NCBI RefSeq assembly: GCF_009914755.1
Contig: NC_060929.1
Origin: the human T2T-CHM13v2.0 reference genome, Homo sapiens
Reading direction: 5' to 3' (one strand)
Length of the DNA: 64,000 nt
The notes beneath the pieces were generated by a model. The model saw only the letters and a list, made by a program, of their open reading frames with translations. It ran no database searches and had not been told where the DNA came from. Both the position numbers and the translations under genes were made by a program. Positions 28,551 to 43,884 of the stretch are shown one piece after another (position 1 is the stretch's first letter; each line of letters opens with the position of its first letter).

Positions 28551-29384
28551 AAAACGGTGTTTCCAATGGTTTAGAAAATTGAAGCTGGAGAATATCCTCT
28601 AGGACAAGACGAAGAGAGATTAGAAAGAACAGAATTGGGACAAAGAGGGGAAACACTGAGCAAACACTGACGCCCTAAACCTTGAAAATGTTTGGACATA
28701 ACTGGCTTCTGCAGAGTCCGAGCCTGTCACCCTGAATGAGATCTGCCAGTTAGAACAACTGGGTTCCCAGTACTTGACAACTGCTTCAGTTACAGTGTTT
28801 CTGCAATTGCTTCACTCACAGCTCTTTGAGAAACCCAGATGAATCTGTAGACATTGATCTAGAGAAACGGAGGAGAGAGAACTGGCTGAGATTGAGTGCT
28901 TACAAAAAAAAAATAATTTTAAAATTAATCATAGCATCAGAAAGAATATCCTAATTTTTATTAGCTGCCAGAAAGTTCACTAATAAGAACAATCCAGGAA
29001 CTAATCAGGGGATATAAAGGCTATATTAGTATGTGACCATAAGAGCTATTAAGGCTCAGAGTCTAAGACCTCCTCTTAAATGGCTAAAATCCTCTATTTC
29101 GCTAAATTTTGAAGGGAGAACCAGGGAAAACCCAGAGAAACACAAGGCACCCCCATCTTGTTGATGCTCTCTGATCTCATCTGTGAGAAGGGAATATAGC
29201 ACCGATAGCTAACTCTGCTAAAGAGACGAGCTCTCTGGGCAGTGGCCAAAGATTCCAATCTAAAAGGGACACAAAATCTCCCCGATATTTGCCAATCTCT
29301 GAAAATAAAATGGGAGGAGAAACATAGACACATAACTCCTTTCATAAACAGTGTCACATTTAGTTGAAATACATTTGATAAACC

Positions 29385-30119
<735 letters not shown>

Positions 30120-30832
30120 GTTATTTTTGGGGTACAGAAGTGGAGTGAGATTGTAAGAGGTATCTTTAAGTTATAGTAACTGGGCATAAACTATCTTCTA
30201 AATAGGGAAGGTCTAGGTAATACAAGATTTTGCTTTGCTCTTTTCAGCCAGGGCTGAATTGCAAAAACAATAAACGGATGGCTAAGCCTGTGCAACATCT
30301 TCCTTCTCAGCTCTTCCCACAGGCAGCGCCCAGCCTATTCTTTGTATAAATGTAACTAGATATTTGGAGATATGGACTTGAAGGTAGAGGCCCTGAGTAC
30401 ACATCTCAGTCTTGTCTTGCCTTCCAGGCAAAGTTGTTTTGAGATGTGAGATGTTTGTGAAGGCATTTAGGAGAGGGCTTGGCAAGTATTTAAGGTTCAG
30501 TAAATGCTAGCTTCCTTTCTTCTTAACAGTTTCCTCCTTCTGTGAAATTTGCAATAGAGGACCTTAGTCAGTATTCAAAATTGCTTTGGAAATTCCCTGT
30601 CTATAAATGCCTATCTTATAAAAGATAGAAACACAGCTCAAATCACCTGTGAATTACTGGGAGGCCAAGTAAAAATATTTTTCCCAATTAACAAAGTATA
30701 CATGAGGCTTCCTGAAATTTTTGTTTGGAGACTAATGGGTAGAAAATTAATCCCATGCTAGGAAAGAAAAGTGCTCACTGGAGACTCTTAATTTAGTTAT
30801 CTTACATTATTCTCAAAAAGTTTCTCCCTATA

Positions 30833-31166
<334 letters not shown>

Positions 31167-31259
31167 TCAGTGAGCCCTAAAATCCAACCTGAAATGAAAG
31201 GAAAGAAAATATAACATAGAAAACTGCCTTTCATTCATTTTGAAAACCATCTTGCTGTA

Positions 31260-31870
31260 ACTTCATTGATTCATCCATCGGTCTTCTCATGAGGACTCCC
31301 TTGATTCACCCAACAAACATTCGTGATCACTTCCTGGGACCCAGGCCCTTGTACCAAGCTCTGAGGATACCAAGACAAAGCCCTTGCCCTTGAAGAGTTT
31401 CAATCTCTTGGGCAGCAGGGCAGGGGGTGGAGTGGGGAGTCAGACCAGAAATAGGAACTGAGTGCAGCAGAGGTATGATGAGGGGCAGCCAATTCCTCCT
31501 CCCCAGGGAAGGGGACAACATTCCTGCTGCATCTGGAAGACTTGGAAGGACTTCGTGAAGGGCAAGAGGCATTCCTGACAGTGATCGATTACAGATCACT
31601 TACAGCATGGACATTGAAGAGGACTGGGGACAGAAAAATAGATTAGAAAACTATTAAAATCAAGGCAAGAATAAGGGCCTAGGTTAAAGAGGCGGTCATG
31701 TGGATGCTAAAGACAGAACTTAATGACAAATTAGATGTGAGAAGAAGGGGAATTGAGTGATAGCATGATGAGGAGGTTGTGTCCAAGGAATATGATATTA
31801 AGGATAGAGAAGATTTAAAGAAGTTTGTAGGCTGAGCACGAGGAACCAGGGCAGAGTGAGCGATTGATGA
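31260..31870 (-). mobile_element. L2 fragments
   Basis: ttcattgattcatcc..caacaaacatt..ccttgcccttgaagagtttcaatct..gattagaaaactatt..ataagggcct, purine-rich reverse L2. Confidence 0.55.
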
Positions 31871-32237
31871 TGCAAGAAGAAACTAGCTGATATAAAAAGA
31901 TCTGGAGCGGGTAAGAATGGATGGTTGGGGGCTCTCACTTGACATCCATCTTTATCCTTTAGCAGGCACCAGCCTTGTGTTCCAAAATTTTTCTTTGGGC
32001 TGACTTTCACTCATAACAATAATAACAAAAACTAACCTAGATGAAAATCTAAAATGTTGAACACACCAGGTTGAAAAGTACTACCCCAGGAAATCTAGAA
32101 ACTTTTGCCACCTTCTAACTGTGAGGTTATGACCCTGACTTTTCAAGCCAACACTATTTCCTACATCTGTCTAAGCTTATCTCTTCTTAGCATCATATAT
32201 CACCTTAGAATTGAGCCTCACCCTCCACTCTTCCTTC

Positions 32238-32360
32238 TAGTATGGTAGGTAAAACACAGACTCTGAATTTGAACCCAAGTTTCATCACTTACTACTGGTG
32301 TGATTATGGGCAAATCATGTAATCCCATGGTGCCTCAGTTTCCTCATCTGTAGAACAGAG
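32238..32360 (+). mobile_element. MIR
   Basis: tttgaacccaag..cacttact..gggcaaatca..gtgcctcagtttcctcatctgta. Confidence 0.75.
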
Positions 32361-32691
32361 GCTCTTTCATGCTTTGAAGCTGGATTCCATTTTTAAAGCA
32401 ATTCAGTTACAATTATGAAACACCTTTATTTCCTAAACCCCTGCAGGAGGAACAACTGTTTTGTGATTCAAAAATTCCGTTTCTTCTATTGAAACAACTT
32501 GGGTTTTCTTTAAGAATAGAACAAAATATTTATTTTTCATTGAGAAGTATTTTTTCAAAGACTAAAAGCAAATCTAATTCCATTGACTTGGTAGAAAAGT
32601 TATCCGTTGAAATCTTATTAAAATAATAATAATACAAAACCTACTTCCTGAAAATTTTATTCAACTCTCTTCTAGGGAAAGTCTTCTCTGA

Positions 32692-33048
<357 letters not shown>

Positions 33049-33497
33049 TAATAAACTTTATGAAAAAACTAAAAATAAGATCTTACTCTCAACAGGGAAA
33101 ATACTTGTGAATTGTCAATGTTTCCCATAAGCTGAAATAATTATTATTCAAATTGCAAGAAGAAATACATGAGATTAGCTGAAATAATTATTAAGTTCTA
33201 ACACATATTTATCCTGTAACTTAGGATCAGACTTTCATGAACACACGAGTAGATTGGGCTAAAATAGAGGACAAAATATCTGATGTAAACTATTTTTAAA
33301 AGACAGGCACCTGACAGAGATTGTAATATTATTTGCATAAGAATAAAATGTAATTTTATAATTTTTGTTTTATGTGTAATTAAATATTATAATTAAATAG
33401 ACCAAAAACATTTGATAGCACATATATATTTTAAGAAAAGCTATTTCCCCAAAGATATTCCACAGATATGTTTATTTTGCTAGAGAGAATGTGTATG

Positions 33498-33502
<5 letters not shown>

Positions 33503-33538
<36 letters not shown>
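33503..33538. repeat. (AC)18 microsatellite
   Basis: Perfect dinucleotide run. Confidence 0.97.
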
Positions 33539-33546
<8 letters not shown>

Positions 33547-33707
33547 TCCTTTATATCAATAGTCAGATCTCTCCTGAGAAATAAGCTAATCGAGCTGAAA
33601 CAGTTGTTTTTATATTGTAAATTTTCAAAAAAGCAAAAAGTAGTGAGGAGCCTCTTCTAGAAACAATATGACTCACACCCTATCTTTCTGAAAAAAGGCT
33701 GCAAGGT

Positions 33708-34251
33708 TGTTATGCTGAATAGGGGTCCCAAAGATATCCATGTACTAATCTTTGGAATCTTTGAATGTTACCTTATACGGCAAAAAGGGACTTGGCAGAT
33801 ATCATTAAGTTAAGGATCTTGAGATGGGGAGATGATTCTGGATCATCCCAATGAGCACAAAATGTAACCACAAGTATCTGTCTAAGAAGGGAAGGAAGAG
33901 GGAGACTTGACCACAGAAGAGAAGAGGACCATGTCACAGAAGCAGACAGAAGCAGAGGGCAGCACAGTCAAGAAAGAAGATATTATGCGGCTGGCTTTGA
34001 GGGCACGCAATGGGGCCATGAGCCAAAGAATACAAAAAATGCATCTCCAGACGCTGAAAAAGCCGAGGAAATGAAAACGGGTTTCCCCCTAGAGCATTCC
34101 CGGGAAGCATGGCTCTGCTAACACCTTAGCTTTAGCCCAGTGAAACTGATTCGGACTCCTGACCTCCAGAACTGTAAAAGAATATGTCTGTGTTGTTGCT
34201 AGTCACCAAATTTGTGTTAATTTGTGACAGTGGCAACAGGAAACTAATACA
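33708..34251 (+). mobile_element. MLT1D-like MaLR solo LTR
   Basis: TGT..cccaaagatatccatgt..aggatcttgagatggggagat..gacctccagaactgtaa..ggaaactaataCA. Confidence 0.88.
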
Positions 34252-36877
34252 ATTGTTTTTCTTCGTTCTGGTACCAGGAAGGTAAGTTATCATGCCCTCT
34301 ACCTGGGAGGGGAAGAGGCAGAAATCCAGCTACTGCTCCTCTTTTATTTCTGAACCACAGAAAAGGGTCTGCTGAGAGGATTTGCCAGTGGTTTACCCCC
34401 AACCCAGGGCATCTCTAATTCTGAGATGGAGGGTTGTCCATCCTTCTCTAAATGAGAGCCAAAGAGGAGAGTCACATCTGCAAGGAAGAATGGGTTTATG
34501 GGGTTTTTTAATCAAAAGAAATTAAAATAATCATTTCACATTTTACATGGGATGAAAAGGTAATCAGACTAAGTTATGACTTCACTTTTTATTTGTCCAA
34601 GAAGCAGGAAAATTCAAGCTTAGTTTTAAGTACTAATAAAACCTACAGTGTAAGGAAGTGGGTTCTAAACACAACCCATAAAATAAGGATGTATTTAAAG
34701 TGCTGTTATTAGAGAATTGCCCTGCCCACAAACTTCCCCTCATGCATCCTGCAGCTGATTAAACTCTAAAGCAAAAGGAAGAAATTGTTTTATGAATTTT
34801 TTTCTTATGATTTGGTGTACACTAAGAGATGATACTACCCCAAAAAAAAGTCTGTTCCTGGAAAGAAAAAAAATAATAATTTAAATTTTTTCATGTGGTC
34901 CTAAGGCAACTGCAGAAAAAATGTCCTTCTTCCAGGAGTCTCTCTGGATGCCTTGAAGACAGGGCCAGAACACAAAATACTGGTGATTTCTGTCTTTTAC
35001 AATACATCTTCTTCTTGGGCAGTAAGTAAATGGCACTTTCTGAGTTGCCATAAAGCATGGTTCATGTACCCAGATAAATACCTATGTCTGTCTGTCCCTG
35101 ATTCCACCTGGAAGAAAGATACAACTTGGATTTGATGTATCATCACTTCAGCATCCCAGAGACTTTTAGTGGAAATTCCTTTTATACACTAATTATGTAT
35201 TTCTCTATAATTGAAAATTAACAATGAAAAGGAGACTTAACTCTAAGAAACATCTGAATCCTATTTTCAATTTGATACGACAATATTGAGCCTCTACTGT
35301 GTGCAAAAAAATGTAAGCTAGATGGTGAACTTTGGGGCTGAAGCTCTATGATGAATGTGTCATAGCACCTGCCTTGAGTGAGCTTAAAAGCAATCTTTTC
35401 TAAAACATAGGAAGAAGTATGTAGTCCAGAATGTTCGGTGCAAACTTCAATTTTTCATGGATGCATTATGAGGCTGTTTTGTACATTTGTTGTTTTACCC
35501 ATCTTTAGTCGTTATTTCTCCTTCTTCTACTAAAAGTTATGATGTAAGAGATTCACTTTTTCAGGTTCTTTCTAGATTCAAGTTCTAGGTATTCCCATAT
35601 TTTAATTGTTCCAGACTCACTCTGTTTTAGTATCAAAAATAATTGAGGGCTATGCTATATTTTTGAGATGTGTTGAAAAGATGTTTTAAATTTTTGAGAT
35701 CATGGTTCAAAAGTTATATATAACAAGAAATAGAAATCAAATACATATATATTTTCCTCAAATGCAATAAGAATAATCCCAACCAATATTCTGCTTTAAA
35801 AAAACATACAGAGAAATTACAGAGAATACATCCCTTTCCAGTGGGTACCAATAGCCAGGTGAGTGCATTTTTTGTAGTTTATCAGTCTTGTCCGGTGGTT
35901 GAAAACCACATCCTCAATTTCAAAATCCAACCACAATCCCATTAGGTCTTTAAAAAGTTTCAACTAGACTACCCTCTTGGGACACCTTGACATAGAAATG
36001 CACTATCTTTTCTTCTGTTTGCCTTAAACTGGATTCCAGGTTTTTTCAGTATTCTTTCCTTCTGATGAGTCTGAATAACCTGTTCCTCAACTCCAAGTCT
36101 TCTCTCAGGCCTTGCTCTCTTTCTTTCCCCACCTCCTTTGCTCCTCTCCCCAGCCTCATTAGAAGGCAGCACCTCTTTCACCCCGTTCTTACTTGACTTG
36201 TTGCTTGTGCTACATAGGCAGTTTGTGACAAAGCCAGGTCTAGACTGTGTCTCCAAGGCTCCATGCCTGTCTGATAGCCAAATAGATCTCCTGCCTTTAA
36301 AATAGGTTGTCTACTCAAATGTAGTCTTTCTTGGTTCTTTACATTTTGAGAACACATAGAGAACACTGATAAATCCTCAGGCTCCTATGGTGGTGAAAAA
36401 GCCAAGGTTAAAGTTTTTATTTTATATTATTTGTCACCAACTGCTCCTGGCAACAGAGGAAAAATATGTCAAGCTTTTATGATTTTATGAACTGTTATGT
36501 AAGTAATGCTATGTACCAGTAAAGAAACAACTTATGAAAATATTTTTAAAGGGTAGAACGAGATTAAACTTATCATAAAGTTAACCAGAGAGAGGAAATA
36601 AAGCAATAGTGAGTTTGGTTAGTCACATACTGTTCCTAGGGTTTTATGTATTGATACACATTTTTGGAGTGGTATATACCTAGTATTATAAATTTAGATA
36701 CACACAAAACTACCCTCAGGAGAATTTTGTTAAAGAGAAGCATTAAAGAAGAATTAGACTGGTGAATTTCATCACACAAGGAAATATATTTACTGGTCTT
36801 TTTCATACTGTTTTACAATAAATGAAGTTATATATAAACATTCTTTTGGGTAATAATTTAGGGAAGAGATCCCACCA

Positions 36878-36881
<4 letters not shown>

Positions 36882-36908
<27 letters not shown>

Positions 36909-36930
36909 CCAAATTAGAAGTCTAATTTGG
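36882..36930. repeat. Orphan poly(T)26 abutting a 10-bp inverted repeat
   Basis: T26 at 36882-36907, then CCAAATTAGA-AG-TCTAATTTGG (36909-36930). No Alu or L1 body attached. Confidence 0.8.
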
Positions 36931-37871
36931 ATCTCCATACTAAAAAGGACATGTTATTTTTATTTGCTTGTGGACTTTATAATTCCCTTCTCCCTGGAAA
37001 AGATTTCAGTCTTCCAAACAATTTTATTCTGGAAAGAAGATTGTGGAATGCTCAGGAACAGAAAGAGAACACAAATTGGAGCTTGATGTGAACTGCTTAC
37101 AGAACAGAATAGGTGGGGTGTCATGCAGTGTGAGGTTGTGTGTGGTCAGTATACTACTTACTTAGTTTTATCAACTTTTAAAATTGTTTTGCAGGCACTC
37201 CATTAGTTAGCATGAAAAGAGCTCAAGAAAATTTTATATATAATAGAGATACATGATTTGGTTCTACAGCTTACACTACAAAATTACACTACTGAATAAC
37301 ACGATTCAGGAAATTAATTAAGTATCCTAGTATCATGGCCTTCTGACAAATGTACAGAACATACCGGACGCAGAGAGATAAAACAATAAAAGTTATAATT
37401 CTCATCCCACCCAATGCATCCTGAGTCAACAGAAAACTGAATGATAACACAAATATCATAGGATGGAATGTCTGTGTGGCTGCAGAAGGCCTTCCCTTCC
37501 TTTTCCTGTTTATGTTGTCAATTACGAAATGCTGAGCTGGAATGTTCTGGTATTTAAGACCCGTCAGCGTTTTCTCCTTTTCCTCACATTTACGTTAGCC
37601 TTTTCCTTTAATTATCTTGATGTTGTTATTCTTGGCAAAGCTGTCCTTTCCATGATGGTGTGTTTAGCTTCCAGACAGTCCCTACTTCCTCCTTATCTTT
37701 GTGAGCTCATTAACATTTCCAGCTCCAACTACTCACATCCCCTCTTCAACATCACCTCACCTTCATAGCTCAGTTCTTTTTCTCTCTTTTCAGCCCTTCT
37801 TTCAACTCTCACCCCAACCCTCTCACCCCTTTGGAATAACAAGTTATTTCCTCTTTCATTTCCTGTTACAG

Positions 37872-38045
37872 AAGATGTTTTTGGACCCATTCCCGAATAT
37901 CTTTGGCATGAAAGTGTACCCACGCCGCTCTGTGTTTCCACTGGGCACATTTCCAGATATGTTTCATCAGCCTGGAGCCCTCAGCCCTCACACCAAGGTG
38001 AGCCTGGCCCTGTCAGTCACTGTCACCACCCGACCAGCATTCCAG
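37872..38045 (+). other. Candidate exon with two alternative donors (126 or 174 nt)
   Basis: Acceptor ttcctctttcatttcctgttacAG. Donors AAG|GTGAGC (after 37997) and CAG|GTGAGC (after 38045). Confidence 0.35.
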
Positions 38046-38197
38046 GTGAGCTGAGATGACGGAGACGCAACTGGGGAGTCCTGCTCCCGCTGGCAATAGG
38101 CTCTTCTTTTCAAATCTGTTTCAAGAAGTCTATTTGAGGTATGAAAATCGGGACTTTTTTTATTTCAAGTAAAAAGGATTAAATGGCAGGAAGGAAG

Positions 38198-38214
38198 GCT
38201 GAGTCAGCAATATT
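38198..38214. promoter_or_regulatory. ARE/MARE (CNC-sMAF) motif
   Basis: GCTGAGTCAGCAATATT: 12/13 T-MARE with AT-rich flank. GGAA cores immediately upstream. Confidence 0.45.
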
Positions 38215-38414
38215 TGTCCAGCTGAGACATGTGTCTCAATTTATGGAATAACTGTATTATCCAATTACTTTTCATTCTTTATAGGTCATCCAGAAGTAAG
38301 TTTGACAGTTGCATCCAAGCTGGAGGAAAAATGTATGAAACAACAAACAAAACTGACTAAAATTAAATGGTTTCTACTTTAGGGTTAAAAAAAATTGAGG
38401 AGGGAGTCATCTTA

Positions 38415-38725
38415 CAGTGATGTGCCACATAATAGCATTTAGGTTCCATAAGACTATAATACCATATTTTTTACTGTACCTTTTCTATGTTAAAGTGTGT
38501 TTAGATACACAAACACCATTGTGTTACAATTGCCTACAGTATTTAGTACAATAAAATGCTGTACAGATTTGTAGCCTGGGAGAAATAGGCTATACTGTAT
38601 AGTGCAGGTATGTAGCAGGCTATACATCTAGGTTGGTGTAAGTACACTCTATGATGTTCACGTGACAAAATCACCTAAGGACGCATTTCTCAAAGTGTTT
38701 CCCGTTGTTAAGCAAGGCATAACAA
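38415..38725 (-). mobile_element. Tigger3a/MER7-type DNA transposon
   Basis: Reverse-complement homologue of 11218-11552, TA-flanked. Confidence 0.88.
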
Positions 38726-39576
38726 TAATTTGCCCTTTAATGGGGCTGGGGTGTTATTATTCATGATGATTAATAAAACAAACTAAAAACTTTACCTTTC
38801 ATTATGTCATGGTTTATTGAAGTGAACAGTTTCATAGTACACTTCCATATTTCTTTTTAATATTTATGCATCATTAGTAAAATATATTTATGAGCTAGAG
38901 GACACTGTCTTGAGATAAAGTGTTTGCTCATCAAGACCCAAAGACAAGATGTCATGCCCACGTTCTGAATCATGCAACCCTAAGCAGTCTACTCCACATT
39001 TGATATCTAGTGCTCTGTCAACCAAGTAAGTAAATATGCATGAAAGCACCCATTCAAACTACTGGCATTAAAATCTAGTACCCATAAACATGTTACTCCA
39101 ACTAAACGTGAATAAGTAAGTTATTTCCTTGGATTCAAAACATTCCAGATTCAACATGCAAACCTGGTCTTTTTTGTGTAGTTTGGTTGGTTTGGTTTGG
39201 CTTGGCTTGGCTCAAAGACCAACTGGCAGAGATAGCAGAGAAAATGCTGTACATTTTAACCTAATTTTTGAAAATTATTCAGTAAATAAGTCTGTTGACT
39301 GGGCCAAGTTGTAAACATTTTCTAAGCTACTCCAGTACACTGCTGTTAATACAATTAAAAATGCAAAGTCAAAGTGACTTCCAATTCAAAACGATATTTG
39401 CCTCACAGCTCCAACGTAGCTTCTCCCTTTGATATGATGAAAATATTGATAAGGGCCCATAAAAGGGTAAACTTTCCATCCTATTGCTTGGAAGGCATCA
39501 GTTCAGCACACGAGCAGCCCCTCAGGAGGAAGAGAGAGTATCTGTGGAGCAGAGGTAAACTTGTGAGCACTTGTTA

Positions 39577-39813
<237 letters not shown>

Positions 39814-40310
39814 TCAGTGTCCATCCACCCACCCCACAGCTCCAGAGCTAAAGAGATCAAACACCGCACAGAAAGCAGAGAAGATGGGCCAAGGACAATC
39901 CGCTCACCCGCTCCACTAACAATGTCCAGTCTGGAGAACATGCTCCTTGTTTGAGACTAAACAAAAACGGTTGGAAAAAATACTGCAGACGAAGGGAAAG
40001 GGAGCAGCTTCTGGAAGACCCAGGGAAAGAGCAAAATAGGCTTGAATTTTCACTCGCTGGTCATTTGAACTTGGACAAGGAACTAAAACTCTCCAATCTG
40101 CAGTCTTTATGAAAATTAAATAATATATAAAAAGCAAAAAGTATGTGCCTAACATATGGTACAGTAAACGTTGGTTAGTATAATTATTGTGATTACTGGA
40201 TATTAAGATGCACTGTCAAACTCTCATTCATCCCACAAATATTATCAAATGCCTATCCTAGTCTGACATATAAAAAGACATACATGTTCCCTTTCCTATT
40301 ACCATGCTGC

Positions 40311-40372
40311 TTATATATAATTATATATATATATAACTTATATATATATATAACTATATATATATATAACTA
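40311..40372. repeat. Compound (TA)n repeat with recurring TAAC interruptions
   Basis: Three tatatatatatataac-type units. Confidence 0.85.
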
Positions 40373-40849
40373 ATAATTAAAATAGTTCTGTTCCAGATAT
40401 GATAAACACAATGTAAAGCAATATAATATTAGCAATTGGGTTCTGGGAGAAAAGGTCAAGGAAATCTCAAAATCGGAGTCAAAACTACTTAAACTATGTT
40501 ACAAACTGGATTTAATATGACCTTATGTAATTAGACTTTTACATCCAATATTTAAGAACATAATAACTAAGTATGCAAAAATAGTATTAAATGCAAGAGT
40601 CTCTGAAAATAGATAATACAGAAATTGCCTAATGTGGAATACAGAAAATTGAAGGAATTTAATTTATTAGAATTTGCTATAAAAAACATGGAGTATCAAT
40701 ACAGTAACATCAATTCTAAGTTAATAACAATCCTTATGTTCTAGTAGTCGATTATATGAGAATGTTTTATCTATCTTCTCTCACACATAACTTTAATTTT
40801 ACTATTAGATAAAGTCTTCATCATTTAATGTTATCAAATTTGTTCTTTT

Positions 40850-41672
40850 CATGAACACTTTTCAAAAGAAGATATACATGCAGCCAATAAGCATATGAAA
40901 AATGCTCAATATCACTGATCATTAGAAAAATGCAAATCAAAACCACAATGAAATACCATCTCATACCAGTCAGCATGGCTATTAAAAAATCAGAAAAATA
41001 ACAGATGCTGGAGAAGTTGTGGAGAAAAGGGAACACTTATACACTATTAGTGGAAGTGTAAATTAGTTCAGCCATTGTGGAAAGCAGTGTGGTGATTCCT
41101 CAAAGAGCTAAAAGCAGAAATACCATTCGACCCAGCAATCCCATTACTGGGTATATACCCAGAGGAATATAAGTCATTCCGCCATAAAGACATGTACATG
41201 TGAATGTTCATTGCAGCACTATTCACAATAGCAAAGACATGGAATCAACCTAAATACCCATCAATGAAAGACTGGTAAACAAAATACGATAAATAAACAC
41301 CATGGAATACTATGCAGCCATAAAAAAAGAATGAGATCATGTCTTTTTTGGGAACATGGATAGAGCTAGAGGCTATTATCCTTAGCAAACTAATGCAGGA
41401 GCAGAAAACCAAATACTGCATATTCTCACTTATAAGTGAGAGCTAAATGATGAGGACTTATAAACACAAAGAAGGAAACAACAGACACTGGGGGTGGGGT
41501 GGGGATGGGAGAAGGGAGGGGTGCAGAAAAGATAACTATTGGGTACTAAGCTTAATATCTGGGTGATGAAATAATCTGTACAACCAACCCCCATGACACG
41601 AGTTTACCTATGTAACAAAGCTTCACATGTACTCTCAAACCAAAAATAGAAGTTTTTTAAAAAGAATTTTTA
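40850..41672 (+). mobile_element. 5'-truncated L1PA (PA11-13-like) 3' end
   Basis: ORF2 C-terminus and 3'UTR (gaaaagataactattgggtac..gggtgatgaaataatctgtacaac). TSD core TTGTTCTTTT at 40840-40849 and 41677-41686. Confidence 0.9.
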
Positions 41673-42784
41673 AAGATTGTTCTTTTACAATTTTTACAAT
41701 CATTCTGCTAATATTGATACATATTGATTTTCTTGGAGTAAATAGTAATAAGAATGCAATTTTTAAGTGGATTTTTGAGGTGTGGTTCAAGTTGATTGAT
41801 TTTTTTATGCCTGTGTCAGGACTGAAGAAATAAGCTATTCTACCTAAGATGACATGATTTGCCTCAAAGTAAATCCATTCTTGAGGCTGCTTGAAACGTT
41901 ATATGCTGCCAGTCCTGTTCCCAATTAATTTAACAAACTAGCTGATATTTTGCTTAAAAATATTTCAAGATGCTTATTTTGTTCTGTGTATACTGACTTC
42001 TCAAGCAAATCGCCATCCTTACAAAGTATGCTTGTATCTTGCAATCAAAGTATTTTTGAGAAAAGTCTACTAAAATAAACCCAGGTTTTCATCCTGACTA
42101 GCTCATTTGATAGGAAACTTGAAGGTTTCACCTAAAGTTGAACATTGAAACTACATGATTTTACATTCCCCAAAAGCATTCTGACTAAATAAATATCTGT
42201 GGAAACATATCAGAGTATATAACCAAGACTTACATTGCATCAGATGCTGAAATAGAATCTTCCTTTGTTTTCTAAGAAAGATCTGTCTAGCCTTATTTAG
42301 AGAAGCCAAAAAAGAAAAATAACTTCTTGCCCCACACTAAGTACATTTCAAGTCATGAAATGCAAAGCCCCCTTGGACCATTTCCTATCTTTCTCACTCT
42401 CTCTCCGCCAGTAAAGGCTTTTAAAAAATGGAATGGAATATCTTTACATTCCTCCTAACTATTCCCCACTGCCTCCTTCTTTTTGATAGGTAGGTTGGTG
42501 CCACTGTCAGCAGTCCGATTCTCTATCAGCACATTTTAAACCACACCAAAAAAAAGAAAAAGGAGAGAGTCAGTATGTCAGAATCCAGAGAGCAGATCAC
42601 ACTGGCTTCAGATTTGCTAATTGAAACACGACTCCCCAGAGCCATTGGACCATAACTTATATGTCTGTAACTACATTTGAAGAGTTTAGAGAAAGAAAAA
42701 TAGTAGAGGAAGTACCCAATACTCAGATACAAGTAGTTGACCACAAAATGTTTCCAGAACAATACCAGCTAGTTTCATCCTGAT

Positions 42785-42995
42785 GTGTAGAGTAGTGGGC
42801 AAAAATAGTCTTTGGAAGCAAACAGTCCTGAGTTGTAAACACAGCTTCATCCCTGGACAAGTTGCTTAGCTTCTCTGAGCCTGTTTACCAATCCATAAAA
42901 TGTGGATGATAATACCTTGCTATTTCTATTGCTATGTAGATTAAGATGAAATGTGTGGTTCTTAGAAAGGTAATTGACTTGTGTTAGCTGTTAAT
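42785..42995 (+). mobile_element. MIR
   Basis: ctttggaagcaaacagtcctgagtt..ggacaagttgcttagcttctctgagcct..taaaatgtggatgataatacc. Confidence 0.65.
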
Positions 42996-43669
42996 ATCAT
43001 CATCATCATCATCACTTCTACTTGTCTCTGTTATGCATTTCCTGTTTCCTCCCATTATTTCAATCATTTCAATAAACATATTTGTACATACCATATGCCT
43101 GACAAGCACTGTAAGAGGTATTTGTGATACAAAGAATGACTGAAACGTTGAGATTCTGGCTACAGTAGCTCACAATCCAGAAGATGGGACAGATATAAAC
43201 ACACAAGCATTCTACCTCTGGGTAGGCACATGACACTATTTTGTCCTTGTTTCTATTTCTGTCTGCACTCCCCCCCAGACTATAAGCCCTTCAAGGTCAA
43301 GGCCCACATCTTAGTCTTCTCTATATCACTGCTGCTTCATCTGGCCCATGGTGTTAGGTACTCAACAAATGTTTGCAGTTAAAAGAATGAAAAATGCACA
43401 CTTCGCATTCAGGACAAAGAGAGCTTACTTCACCTGGAGAAAATGAGGTGGCTTCACCAAGGAGATCAACGTTGAGCTGGGTCTTAAAGAATACATTGAA
43501 GTTGAATAGGTAGAGTGTGAAAAGGTGTTCCAGGAGAAGAGAACTTTATACAAACTCAACTATAAATTCCTTGAGAGTTAAGACCCTAGTTTTAAATGAT
43601 CTTCTCACAGTACACAGGGCCTTGAGCAGTGCCTGAACAAGAAAAGTTGTCCATAGATTACTGAATAGC

Positions 43670-43875
43670 AACAATAACTAATATTTACTGAGCATTTAAA
43701 CATACTCAGCACTGTTCTAAATGCTTTATGGTGTTACCGCATTTAATCCTCACAACAGCCATATGAGCTAAATACCCATTTTACTTAGGTGATTTCCTCA
43801 AGATCACATAGCTAGAAACTAGCAGAGCCAGCTTTCAAATCTAGACAGCCTGGATCACAGGTTATCTGACCTCTG
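43670..43875 (-). mobile_element. MIR
   Basis: atatttactgagcattt..tttaatcctcacaacagcc..caagatcacatagctagaa..agagccag..tcaaatctagacag. Confidence 0.75.
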
Positions 43876-43884
43876 ACATTTCCT

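Noticed and set aside
36882-36930. Rho-independent terminator
   Set aside because: Eukaryotic DNA, and the T-run precedes the hairpin rather than following it.
38285-38295. 11-nt microexon (tctttatAG|gtcatccagaa|GTAAGT)
   Set aside because: Frame-shifting, no supporting regulatory motifs; insufficient without reads.
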